A DNA stretch of 64,000 bases from Tubulanus polymorphus (taxonomy: Eukaryota; Animalia; Nemertea). A program made the position numbers and the translations under genes. Shown here in pieces: positions 25,389-38,511 of the stretch. The first letter of the stretch is position 1. Each line of letters opens with the position of its first letter. Location: the NCBI RefSeq assembly GCF_964204645.1, contig NC_134033.1, positions 7,820,655-7,884,654 on the forward strand, given 5' to 3'. The notes under the pieces are model-generated. The model was given only the letters and a program-made list of their open reading frames with translations, was not told the DNA's origin and ran no database searches.

Positions 25389-28300
25389 CATGGTTCAAAG
25401 CTTCCATGACCTATCTGATTCAATGACTTTCCATGACCTTTTCAATCCCAATTCAATGACCTCTCCAACCCTAATTTCATATCTGAAACCCCGAGGAATG
25501 ACCATGAAACGACAAACTTAACTATAAAAGAACAAACGTTAAAAAGACAAATTATTAATTTGTTAGAATATTAATTTTATTTCATAATTATATACTCATA
25601 TACTTCATGGTGCAGACAAATGATTAATCTTTTATTTACATAAACCTAAACCGGTAAAGCATTGATATATCAAAGTAACATCTTAAAGTCCTTTTAGTGC
25701 TTCTTGTTTTTTATCAATAAGTTCTGAAATGTCATTAATTTCTGCACGTTTATCATTGGCCGATTTGCGGAATGACACTGATTTCGTAATCAGTGGACGA
25801 ACATCTTTTAAAGCTGTTGCCTGTTCTGCTTGCTCAATAAACTTATTTGCGGAGGTGGTGAGCGACTCGATGTCAATTTCAAGCAATTTCTTTTTTCGTT
25901 TTAATTTCTCCAATTCGTCACATTCGGCTTTACGCTTAATACCCCTAGCACTTTTTTCTGAATCAGCCTTACATTTCTCCAGATAGGCCTTGTACTTCGA
26001 ATATGCCTGAGATGCGGAAAGAAGTAACTCCTTGGTAATTTGTACTTTCAGCACACCACCTACGGATCGAATGTGGTCTACAATCATTCTTTGAGCTTCA
26101 TACGATTCATTAGCTAGGTTTTCAACCTCGATCTGCTTATTTACCGAAAACCCTCTCTCTACAGAAGCCTGCCCATGAGATAATAACAGCAGGTTGCTTA
26201 TAACTGACCATAATTTATCAAATGATGAATTGCATTGCATATGTTTATGATAGAAAGTATCTAATCGATCTGTTTTTTTGTTGAAGCTCACAAAATCCGA
26301 TTTAGTTTTTACGACTACGCTATTGATGAATTCATCCATTTGGTTTAACACGGTATCACAATCCGAATCATCTATATGATTCGAGCTCGACAATGAACTT
26401 ATTATTCTCTTGAACTGAGCGCGACTTTGGTCACAATTAGCGGCAAGCTCGTTCGGATTTAAACATACCATATTTCTAACCAAAGAATATTAGATCGGCG
26501 CTTTGGCTATTATTTTATCCACTAAACTGATAAGAAATTTTCGAGTGTTCATTCTCAGATCGAGAAACTGGCGCTGACTTGCTTTTCCAACTGCAATAAG
26601 TTCCTTAACTTTTGCCTCCGCGATAAATCCGATGTCGATTTTAGAATGAACGCAATAATTCGATTCCTTTTTTGTATCTATCTTGATCAACTTAGTGAGA
26701 GTATCTGCTTCCCGAATTATATCACTTTTGATGAATCGCTTCATCAGTAATCGGAGAACATTATGTATGTCTTCCGCCAAAAATGGCAGCATTGGCCTGT
26801 CCGTCTGGTAGATGGTTAAGAACGGTGTAACTGTTTTTGCAATAGATACATACGCATGCAGTCTCGGCAATACCATATCAGATGACGCTAAGTCTTTTAT
26901 GTATAAATATGGTTTCGATGTCGGTATGTTAGCCTTTTTCAAAGTTTGAACGTGCTCCACGAATTTTATGATATACGGCCATAGTTCAATCGCACGTTCT
27001 GCAGCTGGCAGGTTATCCAGCCATCTAAAACAAAAATAGAAATGTTGAGTTTAACTGCTAACATACGGCAAGGAGATAAAACAATAATTGATAACCAGGG
27101 TAATTTGGATTGCCTAATTAAGTACATGTATTTTAATAACAACTAAAATCCAATTCACTTACCTAGTAGAGCAAAATTTATATGGAAACTTCTGACTACC
27201 AGTGACCTCAGTAAACATTTCTCTTCTGACAGGAGCATCTTTGAACAAATAACGCAGGTTGATAAGAAGTGACTCCAAATCCCAGTCAGTAGCATGGTCG
27301 CCGGCTTTGAAGGCATTATGCATGACATGTAAGCCACAGCTGCCTATGTTCAGAATAGACTTTCGAGTATTACACATACTTGAAATTTCTTGTTGCAACA
27401 ATTCATAAAATTTCCAATTCACATTTGGACCATCCATGGACAGTTGATAAAGATTGGAGTAATTGAGATCTCCAAATGTGTCCATAAATGAATGCAGCAT
27501 ATCGTCTGCAGTCGCTCGTCCAATGAAGTCTGAACCGTAATACGAAGACCTTACTACATCATGGTCCCAGAACCTAATTAACACATCCAACTGTTTAGTT
27601 TGCGTACGCTGATTCAATGATTCGTCGAATAGTAACACGTATTGTTGGTCTTTGATTTTCCGTCTCATTAGATCCTTTACATGTGGCATAATACCAAAAC
27701 GAACTAGATATGCTGCTTTCTGTTGACTAAGCGAAAACATCTCGGCTATTTGACTGTCTGGAAAGCATGCCTTAAGTATGTCATTCATTCCAGAACAGGA
27801 ATTGTAACTGTGGTGATTGTTTATCATATTCAAAGCATAAATTATCTCGGATTTCAGGACAGTATCTTTTGCAATATATGAGTCCATTATTGGCCTGCAA
27901 AATAAAAATAATAATTGTAATAACTAACATAGTTGTAATAAATTCAATTGTAAAATATTAACAATTCTGTATATTAATGATTAACTTACCTTGATGTTTG
28001 ACGATTACTTGCTATCAAAATACTGCTTGTTGTATTACTCGAAAACATGTTAGGAATACCTCTTGTTGAATTCGCCAAGGTCATCCATGACACATGGAGT
28101 TTACTTTTAATGTGACTTTTCAAAGCAGCCTCTCCCATATTTGCGATGCTGAAGTTCCGAAGACATTTCATACATCTGGCTTCATATTCTGATTTTGTTT
28201 TTCCTATCCAAGGACTATAATCCTCATGATTAAGCCAGGAATCTTTAAATCTACACTTTCCGGGCATACTGAATATTTCTTTAAGGACTGAACTCTGATG

Positions 28301-28987
28301 GATGTTTCCTCATGCAGATGCAATACATATCTAATGAAAGGCCCAGTTTTGCTAGGCCTATTATTTAGTTTCAGAGCTATTGTAAAATTAATAATTAGGA
28401 AACAATTTTGAATGAAATATTTAATAAATTAACCATGTGAAATGCATTGTTCTAACAGACCCAGTTTATGTCATTTAGAAATTAATCACAGTTATATATG
28501 TTATAGGTAGGCATAAGTAGAGTCTGAACACTGAAACGCTACTAATTTAACTGCTAATTACCAATTTCATTACAATTCAAGCAATTATCAAGACTAACAT
28601 TATTTAGACTGCAAGCCTTTACAATAGTAGATTGAATTGAGGAATGAGCCATCATAATTAACACACCTCTTCAATGGTATACTTCAATGGTCAATGCATT
28701 CAGAGTGCAATTTATAGTAACTTAGGTCCCCAGGGCTTAGGATATGTATTATTCATCAATTAAGTGGGTCCCAGTCTGGAATACACAATGATGCATGTTG
28801 TTGGATATAGGCCTTTAAACATGTGTCAGGGTTCTGTATCCTATGCACAGGGTTTATGGAAATGCAATTCCATGACCTTTCCATGACCTAGGGACATTTA
28901 GGGGCAATTCAATGACTTTCCAGGCCTGGATTTGACAATTTTTGAATCCATGACTTTCCAGGAAATCCATGACCGCTTTGAACCCTG
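25389..28987 (-). mobile_element. Full-length hAT DNA transposon (3599 bp), 6-bp TSD GGATTC
   Basis: TIR CATGGTTCAAAGC / GCTTTGAACCCTG; GGATTC at 25383-25388 and 28988-28993; clustered subterminal TTC(C/A)ATGAC motifs at both ends; internal transposase. Confidence 0.93.
25683..28267 (-). pseudogene. hAT transposase, 3 exons (28267-27990, 27894-27163, 27024-25683), 783 codons with one in-frame TAA at 26492-26490
   Basis: GT-AG introns of 95 and 138 nt join in frame and rebuild FCST-RW-LDN. BED finger CMKC...H.....H, catalytic LFDES, SMDGPNVN and ASVERGFS, and CGLH (CxxH) are present. Confidence 0.9.
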
Positions 28988-29397
28988 GGATTCTCACGTA
29001 TCTTCATCGGCGGAACTATGGCTCAACGCACTGCAAGGCGCATGTGACATAGAAACACTTTAAATGCGAAATAGGTCTGGCTATCAACTACAGTTGCCTA
29101 CGGCAGTTCCCCAGTTCCCCCTTGCCGATGGCAAGTAAAGGGTTAATCCATGAAAAAACTAGGTTGTTGATGTCATAGTGTTTCAGTTTCATCCGATCCA
29201 GGAGTTGAAAATGTGGCACAGTATCAAATACCTTGATGAGAAGCAATACCATCACGTCTACTTGTTCCTTCTTCTTAAAGGATCCCATCAATTTGTCTGT
29301 AATGATCAGCAATTGTGCCTCACAGGATTGCCCTTTTCTGAATCTGTGCTGGACATCAGTTTGCAACACACGCACGTTAAGGATACTGGCACCTGTC

Positions 29398-30457
29398 CAG
29401 TGCTTCATCAAGCATTAAAAAAGGGCAGGGTGCTGATTTCAAATAAGGGCATTTTTGTGCGTGATTCCATCGGAGCAAGGGCACATAATAACGCACTCGC
29501 GTCTGTTTTAAGGGCAAACTGCAATGTTCCCTATTGCATAGAATCGAGGTACCCCTTACTACGATTGAGGACTAGAAACTATGTTTAAATCTGATTATGC
29601 CATGAGTGACACACTTGACCACAGTACATCCTTACACCTATGCCTGTCAATGAACAAAAGTTAATCTAGATAGGGCTTTCAAAATGATTTGGAAAACCAG
29701 TTGCAGACAAAAGAATTGCAGAAAAAAGCAATCTCAATAGCAAATACAGCGAAAAAGAGCCAGCAATAGTGTATAGGCCTACATGAAATTGCATATTTTT
29801 AATCTTAGAAATATCAAATTATTTGATTTAAATTGATAGTGTTAGTGATTGGCAAGTAACTGTTGATAATTGGTAAGCAGTCAGCTTAAGAACACATTAT
29901 TGCTATTAGGCTACTCAAACTAATTGTTTGTGCGAGTCTCTCTGTGAGTTCACCGAACAAAGTTTTTCACCTTGTATATAAAAAATTTTTCTAATAGTCT
30001 AGATAAAAATATCCAGAGCATCACGATGTGTTCAAAACGATCCATCGAATATACACTACCAGCTTTACAACGGCAGTCGCTAGAATGATTGGCAGTAGTT
30101 TGGAAGTCAGCCAATTTCCTGGAAACTTAAACTAGGCCACGCGTCTGAGGCACGTTTTTACATGATGCACACCGACTGCAGAACATTTGAATATAACCAC
30201 TGATCACATGAGCTACTATCATTGATATCATACGAGATATTTCATAGCCGTCGCAGGAAACCTACTAACAGTCGGATGCGTCGGCTTATTTTGAAAGTCC
30301 TGACTCATTACTCGTGTTTGACAAGGGCAGGATGGCAGACCTACGGCAAGTGATGAGGGCACAAGGGCGAGCATGGGACACATCTGAAGGGCACAAGAGC
30401 GGCTATTTTCGGGGGCGGGGCGGACCGCCCTTCTATATTTGGCTAGATGAAGCACTG
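29398..30457. mobile_element. hAT-type non-autonomous element, 6-bp TSD CCTGTC
   Basis: TIR CAGTGCTTCATC(A/T)AGC / GCTAGATGAAGCACTG; CCTGTC at 29392-29397 and 30458-30463; interrupts the LINE; sister copy at 59596. Confidence 0.9.
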
Positions 30458-31575
30458 CCTGTCTCCTTTTTTCGAAAAACTGGTATAACCAATGCTTTCT
30501 TCCAGTCTAGCAACTTGATTTCATTTCAATAGAAACTGATGCATTTCCTTGTAAGCTAGTGGCCAAGGTAACTTACTGGTAATCTACCCAGATAAATTTG
30601 TGATCACCTAGGGTGGTAAGGACAAATCAAATAACCTAAGAACAATCAACATATTTCGAAAGCTAATGACTAATTACAATGTGGCACATGCACATTCCAG
30701 CGACAAACAGCATATCAAGCAGTATACGTGAAGCCCCTGAACTAATGTATTTAAAAGCAACGAGAGTTTTTGCTGATGAAGGCTGACTGACAGTGATCAC
30801 AGTGATAATGCACCCATCAATCAATTGAATGAACCTCCGAGCTCATCTACTCAATTGTTATTCTATGAACTCGACATCCTCGTGATATCGATGTACCCAA
30901 GATTCATATAATCGTTTCTATGTTGAATGGGCAGAACCACAAAAAGTACATGCAATGGAGTACCCAACCAACTGAAATTGAGCGAAAATATGCATACCAC
31001 GAGCAGTGTTTTCAGAGGGCAGGTCACCTTGCTGTGTAAGGCTAAACTGCCATACTGAAACTTTTATCACCCTACAAAAAATTTGTTGTCCTTTGCTATA
31101 TGCGTAATCTATCAGAATCATTAAAGCCTTAAATCAATCATGCACATGATTAATTTTAAACAGCGTATACATGTAATAAGTTGAGAAATCGGATGCTTGG
31201 CAGTTTGTTGGCATGTAGCCAGCTGTTAATTACCTGGTTTCCTAGAACACTTAAACTAGGTCGCGTATCATTGGAGGCACGATATTGACACGATGCACAC
31301 CGGTAACAGTGAATACATAAACATATATCCCTTAGCACTGTTGCTTGATATATCCCATCCTTTAGGAAATAATGCAATATACGAATGCAAATGATCACTA
31401 TTTCTATTGATTTCAAAAAATTGAAGCATTGGTGAGCAAAGCTCAAGTGCACCACTAAAAATCGGTTTGCTATATCCTTTAATGAATGGCCAGTTGATGG
31501 TATATTATTCACTCTTGAATGCAGTAGTCGCTTGACCTCTATTACTCGTAAGGCTGAGTGAAAGACACCACAGGG

Positions 31576-32204
31576 ATCCAGGAAGAAAGACACTCTAAAT
31601 ATTTGGATGGATATATGAAAGCTGTGGGTACTGGAGTGTGTAATGGGTAGTGTAGTGTGATCTGTGTGCATTTGTAGCCAGCACACAGATCACATTGTTC
31701 AATGGGGTTTGGTCCAGGACTCGCGAGATTTTCAACAACACGGAAGTAACGTGTAATAAATGATGACTTGAATTGCATGACTACCTACCACCCCTCATTA
31801 TTGTTGGAAAACTAAACGTTCGGCACTGACTAAAAATTAGTAATAACATTTTAGAAATGGCCAGAATTTTAACTTAGGTTCTATCTCATTTTTATTTTAC
31901 AATTGCGATTGGTATAATTTTTTTTTAAACGGCCGTTAAGGCTTCATGATTCGTCTGCAATTCACTGCAAATAGTTACGCAACTACGCACATTTCAGTGT
32001 TTTTAGCAGCTGTACACTCAATCGGCACCGTTCGTGACTAGCTTCACTGCGGAATTATCATTAATTAACATCGCCATATCACATCATCAACTTATATTGT
32101 GCCTTAAAACCCTAACAGCCGAAATAATTGAAATGCACACACGATTTCTATCATTGAAAATTGAGAGTGGCCATATTTGTGTTTGCTGCTTCGCGTAAAT
32201 CCCG
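31576..32204. repeat. ~630-bp direct repeat, copy 1
   Basis: Nearly identical to 38512-39143; more diverged partial copies at 34915-34991 and 35734-35900. Confidence 0.92.
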
Positions 32205-32445
32205 TCCAGATATGTTAGTGTAACAACTCTTTGATGCACCATGGTCATAACTACTGGGATAGACTTTAGCAATGATTATCTTGAAGGAAACACATTGAAT
32301 GGAGGTGAATGGACAGGGGTAGCTTAGGACTGTGAAATAGATATGTGATCGAGTGGATCACCCAAACTACCTTATGTAAAATCGAGTGGATGAGCTGGGG
32401 GGTTCATCCAATCTATTGACGGGTGCATAACTACATACCACACTC

Positions 32446-32530
32446 AAACTAACCCTAACCCTATCCCTAGCTGAAAAGGGACCCTATACCTAACCCTCTG
32501 GACCTTCTAGACCCTAAGCCTAAACCTAAT
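32446..32530. repeat. Degenerate (CCCTAA)-like tract in a MITE-like context
   Basis: CTAACCCTAACCCTATCCCTAG...CCCTAAGCCTAAACCTAA adjacent to the inverted-repeat arm 32381-32431. Confidence 0.55.
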
Positions 32531-35500
32531 TGAATAATTTTTATTTATTTATATTTCCATTACTTTACGATGAACTTCCCATTATGAGTATCAAATTAAA
32601 TTGTGGGTAAAACTTAAACAATTCAACTGGCCAAAATCTAATTACACTCAACTTACATGGTCTCTTCTGTCTTCAAGTTTAACAGAAAATTAACCAGTTT
32701 TTCAAACCAATTTTTCATTTCTTTTCCGTTTTCATTGTCACTGGCAACATCATAGACTTCTTGTTTGACAACAACTGCCAGCAGACGTTCAATAACAATG
32801 ACACTGTTGCCATCTACCAAGCAGAAATCAGTCGAGTCATTATCAAAATCAACTCCAATTATAATCATCAAATATCGCAGCATGTCAAAATTTGACCTGA
32901 AAGGATGAAAAACACAACAGATCATCTCTACCATATCTTCGTAGCATATCTGCTAGGAACTCAATTAACTTTGAGATACATTATTAGGCTACTGAATCAA
33001 TACATAATCACAGGACCCAGCCAATCTATACGAAATTCATTTTTTTATTCTTTGCTTGTTGTATTTTCATTAATAATTTGCCTACGTGTTCCAATAAATC
33101 CAATAAATTTTAACCTAGTAACCACTAGCAACACCCGAAGAACCCCTGCTTGCCATAAGTGGAATCCTCGATTGCCACATTAGCATTGATCGGTACCTAT
33201 TCAAATGGGACTAAAAGATTATGTATAAAAAACGTCACATGCATTGTTCGCCAAATGACTGTCAGATGTGAATTGTTACTTCAGTTAGCCATGGAAGAGA
33301 GGTTTGCGCTTGCTCCATATCTGCATAGTGGGTTTAATCGATTAGCTACCCAACCGCTGCCATCAATCCACAAAGGCCAGAGTACTGATAGGGACAGATG
33401 CTATGAGATTTTTTTCGTAAGTTCCAGCATCTTGCAACTCGCCTTTGTGACCTCACATGATTTAACCCATTAGCACTCGTAATGCATGAAATAAACAGCG
33501 AATGAGCTATTCAGTATCGTGATAAACTTGGATTTTACCTTGAATTTTCTGAGGAGTAATTGACACTACATAAAGCAATTCCTGAGTGCAATGGGTTAGG
33601 TCAATTTCACACAATGTTTTAGGGCGAGTCAGAGCTGGTACACGACACTCGAAAAGATTTTGTTTTCTTAAGTCTAAGAAGAATTGAAATAAAGGATAAT
33701 GTACTAGATTCACATCTACCAAGTTGTTCATTTCAATATCAACTAAGACATCAATACACAAAATGCTGGAAATACTGGCCATTAATTGAATTACACTATT
33801 TTTTGTTGCGCATGGTACAGCACTAGAAAACAGTTACAGTGTGCCGGTAACGTTAAATGTTTGTGAAACTGTCTTTCATTTTGTGAAAACACGTCCACGT
33901 GCATCTGGTTGACTAAGTAACTGAAATTGAGTGAAAACCTACCCATGGGATTTGAGAATGAATTGTTTATAGAACCACGGAATAAACTCAACCATAGCTA
34001 AATTGTGATCATATTCAGGAGGCGACGACCACAGAGTTGTGATAGTCTTATGAAACAACACAAAACATTTAGGGTCGTTTTCCTTTTGTTTAGTTTTCTG
34101 AACGTGGACGTCGAAGTGATGAATCATGTGTTTATGACCTTCGCTGAAAAAAAATAAACAAACATAGAAGTTTTAGAAGAGTCACACATGAGCCGTGTTC
34201 ACACTATCACTAGTTAGATCGTTCTAAATGGGTCTGTACCTGAAAAGTGCCAAATTAACAACATACCGAATCAGGTGCAAGTTCACACACTTGTAATTAA
34301 ATTGACTACAGATAGTTATCACTGGTTCTTGGACTAAATTCTCAGACCATTAAAACCGATTAAAACCATTAAAACCGATACTCCGCAAGCAACACAAGCA
34401 AATTTTAAGATATGAATCAGTTAGCTTATACATTAATTTTTAAACAATATGGAAATGCTATGAAATTAGAAAACAATTTCAATTAATCAGCTTGATGACA
34501 AATTATTTTTCATACCACAGCATACAATTAAAAACAATTAAAAACAGACCTGTTTCCCACACAAACAGATTTAGTCTCTTTCAAAATTTAGAAACTGGGT
34601 CCTTATCAGAAAATTTCATCAACTAATTTTGAAATGAGCTAATAAGAATATAACAAAGTCCCTAGAGAACTAATTATCAATTTCTCTTTCCAATTCCTCA
34701 GAGGAATTTCTCAGGATCTGGGGACTTTTGGCTGGGGGAAAATGCATGTTTTACCCAAAAAAAGGAAAACATCCTCCCAGATACCCTGATATCACCAAAA
34801 TCAATAAGCTTTTTGACCAATATACCATACACTTTTTATGTATATATCATACACTTTATGTGTGAGATACTCTACTCAACAAATTGCACCCAGGGAGAAA
34901 CGCACTAGATAATAGGATGGTTATATCAAAGCTGTGGGTAGTTGGGTGTTGAATGGGTAGTGTAGTGTGATCTGTGTGCATTTTTGGCCAGAGAGGCAAC
35001 CTGTAAAATATAAAAAATTCACTCTATTTCCAAACTACATTTTCCAATGCATTTCTTAGAAAGTATTGAATGATTAAGATTTCATCTTTTATCTTCGATC
35101 ACTGATCATCGTACGAGATACTAATTTACCATTTCAAGCACGAGCGAGGCAGCCGATCGCAAGTGCAATCATTTGAAAGCTTAAAGACTATTTCTTTAAT
35201 TAAATCTTCAAAAGTTTATGAGAAATATATGAATGACATACGTGGCAAAATATCAATATTTCAAAACGTTTCATATGTCTAAAGATCCATCTTAACCACT
35301 GGCAGTCCCCGGTATGCTAATAAACACATTGATACACTAGATACATGAATAGAAAATGTGAAAACAGTGTCAGAAATTGATTTAATTATGTAGACGAAAA
35401 ATCGTAGAAAAGGTGCCCAGGTTGCAGGCGGGTTCCGGTAGGCTATTTGACATTGTTTTGTTTGTAGGTTGAGAGCTGTGAACGCTGATACTGTGAATGT

Positions 35501-36683
35501 AGTGCACACATGTGGATTGTGTTTACAAACAGAATGGGGAGCACGCGCACTGCAAACAAGATGGCGGAAACTCTCTTGTTAAAAAAATCGCTTCCCAGGC
35601 AACCATCGCGGCCAAACATACTGATCGTAAACATGCAATTGTTTATCAGCACTTTATAGCGGAGAAATTATGCATATGTACAAAAAATATGCATGATATT
35701 TGGCATTTATTGCCAGTTTCAATGTTGCGCCATGAGATTTTCAACAACACGGAAGTAACATGTGGTAAATCATGATTTGAATTGATGACTACCTACCACC
35801 CTCATTATTTTTCCAAAACCAAACATTCTGAACTGACTGCAAATTAGTAATATAATTTTAGAAATGGCCATGATTTTAACTTAATTGGTATATCATCATT
35901 ATCTTTCTCAATACATCCAGTAGATTAGGAACAACTAGTCCAGATGGACAGACATACAGACGGATATAGGCCACAATACCCCACAATACCCTTTGCAAGG
36001 TCAGCTGAGACTAAAAAGACTTAGGCCATCCCAAAATAATGGTCCATTTGCCGTTTCCCGACAACCCAGCCTTCAAAGGCACCAAGTGAAAACTTTTCCT
36101 GGGATTCATTGAAATGAATTTTATTTTTTCAACAAAAAACAGCTACCGATCGACCCACTGCCAATGAATGTGCTACGTATGTTTGAAGTCAAGTGTGCAT
36201 CCTATGAATATGTGCCTCGTTGTGTGGCCTAGTTTGGATACAAATGTATGTGAAGGAGTGAGATAATTGATCAAAGCGTCATCAAAATTTCCATTGAAAA
36301 CTCCACAAATTTCTAAAAAGTGCAGATTTTGGCGAACAACAATGCTACCAGTCAGCCATCTTGATTCTGATTAGACCAGTTTTTGGACAGATGTATCTAA
36401 GGTAAAGGCATGTATCAACCAAAGATCAGGAAAATCCATTGAGTGTTACATACAGATTCAAGAAACAATAGTTACAACTGATTCAAGAAGAAAAGTTATC
36501 CTCTGTCTAGTGTCTGATTCTTTCAACGTTGATTGTTTTCTAAACTTTCTCAACTCTAAGCGTCCTTGAAATTTTACATATGAATAGGAAAGTGAAACAA
36601 AAATGCCATTCCTAGATGTTATGATACACAAGAAGAAGTCACATTTGAAATTTTCTATATATAATAATTGCCCATGGGCCAAG

Positions 36684-36768
36684 GTAATAGGTTATATGTC
36701 TTTTCATACCAGAGGTCAAGCTCACTCGCCCTCTCAACCTCTGATATGAAACAACATATACTATTACT
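36684..36768. repeat. Imperfect ~30-bp-arm palindrome, possibly a Crypton-like non-autonomous element
   Basis: GTAATAGGTTATATGTCTTTTCATACCAGAGG ... CCTCTGATATGAAACAACATATACTATTAC; the class assignment is a guess. Confidence 0.5.
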
Positions 36769-37586
36769 CTAATAATTTCATATAAATGAACATTATTTAT
36801 ATGAATATCATATGAATATCATATATATGAAAATCAATTATATAGATTTCAAATAAGAAAATAGGTTAAATAAATGGAGAATTAAAAACTAACGATTAAT
36901 TAACGAGTTGATGAAAATATCAATTTTGATTAAAAAGAAATTACTAAATAAATGAAAGAAAAGATTTCAAAGCATTTCAAAAAACTACATTTCAAAGATA
37001 TGGATTTACATAAATTAGAAAAATATTTTACAATTAAAAATTTTATTATATTCATAAGCGTTATGTAATTGTGGAAAATATTATACTTGAAGCAATAAAT
37101 CACATCATCTTAAATCAAAATATCATAACTCAAAAATAATAATTCAACTCTAGATATTCAAAATAAGATATTTCAAATTACTTATAAATCTTTTAATTCC
37201 TTTCTTAAATAAATGAATGAGAATGATTTCAGCATTCCAACTGGAAAAAGTGATTGAAAATATTATTTAGTATAAAATATGGAATTGAGTAAGAAATTGA
37301 AATAAAGGTCCAATGGCCCTGTGGCTCACCATTAAATCATTGAGTGCATATATTGTCAAAAATATTATACTAAATATGAATTAATTTGGATTAGAGATGT
37401 ATGAGGCTGACAATATATATTATACATCTGCGATATTTATTACTGAATCAAATATATATAATCCATCTATGATATTTATTACTGAATCAAATATATATAA
37501 TACATCTATGATATTTAAAAATAATCAAATCAAATATATATGATAAATCTGTGATATCTATCATTATTGAAACAGTAATATATATG

Positions 37587-37966
37587 AGCTGGATCAAATC
37601 AAAAACATGGTATACGTACATATACACATAAGTGCCATGCCAACGGGTACGATTATAGAATGACAACCACACTCAAACGTGGTGAACACATGACAATGAT
37701 CTCTATCTCTAGGGTGAGATTGAAACGTCGGGAACGATTATTTCATGCAACTCCCAACGGAACTATGAAAGCACCAAACAAGGTACATCAGCACTTTTTA
37801 CATGGTAGCCCTTGGATCCAAATATCCAGGATATGTGTCCAGGATACGCGCTCCTTCAAAATAGTCATATGTAAACTGATAAGAATGATTTGGTGAAATC
37901 TTTGTGCGCTTCCCAGTGCGACATTTAAACCAGCAAGGCAGAAACCCGTTGTCGCTGCTTTGCAGC
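37587..37966. repeat. Dispersed repeat with an inverted copy at 47707-48002
   Basis: CTCCTTCAAAATAGTCATATGTAAACTGATAA and TTTAAACCAGCAAGGCAGAAACCC match the reverse complement of 47707-48002; ~70 bp extra in this copy. Confidence 0.85.
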
Positions 37967-37984
37967 TATATTTATGCTTCTTAT

Positions 37985-38250
37985 TATAGTCTTTATGTCT
38001 TGAATTTTCATGAAAAGCCCCAAAATATCAAATTTACGGGGCTTTCAATTGTCAAAATTCTTCAAAATATCAAAATGAGAAATTACTTCTGTGTCAGGAT
38101 ACTCAAGCATCGCCAGTTGCCGTGCATTATGAACTACGGCTCAACGCACTGCGCGGCGTGTGAGACATAAAATTCTTTGCGTGTGGACACTTTTATTGTG
38201 AGATAAGTCGGAATGTTGATTGCAGTTGCCTACCACAAGTTAAGGGTTAA
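37985..38250. mobile_element. Right end of the piggyBac-like family seen at 24913-29142
   Basis: TATCAAATTTACGGG...GAACTA.GGCTCAACGCACTGC...CAGTTGCCTAC...AAGGG-TTAA. Confidence 0.7.
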
Positions 38251-38511
38251 AGGACATAAATGTGACATCATTAACTGCCAATAGTGCCATATTTAGCCCT
38301 ACTGACACCAGCCATCATTTCGACTTTTAGGATACCAAAATCCTTTATCCTTGCATATCACCCGGTAAACAAAGACATATTATAGAATCCGTCCTCATTT
38401 CTAACTGTAACAAAACTGTCAATTAAGTCCTGATTTTACTCCACAGTTAAAACTGTTATCTGTTTTTGTGCTCTCCTCTGTCAATATCCCTTCAGGAAAG
38501 GTTCCTGGTAT

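Larger units (their letters stand above)
24913..29142. mobile_element. piggyBac-like non-autonomous element with TTAA TSD, split by the hAT
   Basis: TTAA at 24909-24912 and 29143-29146; imperfect TIR TCCTTAACCTGCC / GGCAAGTAAAGGG; the sequence on both sides of the hAT is contiguous in a related copy at 37985-38250. Confidence 0.8.
24330..30620 (-). mobile_element. Old CR1-group LINE (RT region) split by two insertions
   Basis: Minus-strand pieces in order: DWKKALVIPVF..KGDR (30460-30510); PVSLTCVCCKLM and QHRFRKGQSCEAQLL...FDTVPH...FSWI (29147-29397); KAW..SGVFHGTVLG and QLEYGAAVWDP (24400-24908). Outer limits approximate. Confidence 0.82.

Noticed and set aside
26490-26492. Programmed stop-codon readthrough in the transposase
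   Set aside because: TAA followed by TAT is not a leaky context; a point mutation or base-call error is simpler.
31156-31690. Plus-strand frame with many TAA/TAG codons, suggesting an alternative genetic code or hypermutation
   Set aside because: This is expected antisense to a Leu-rich minus-strand frame, and TE ORFs in the window use standard stops.
31542-31778. Duplicated ORF MQFKSSFITRY... (also 38419-38715)
   Set aside because: The identity reflects the 630-bp DNA duplication; there is no recognisable domain and the C-termini diverge at the breakpoint.
32446-32530. Interstitial telomere marking a chromosome fusion
   Set aside because: Only about two perfect units, single orientation, embedded in MITE-like sequence.
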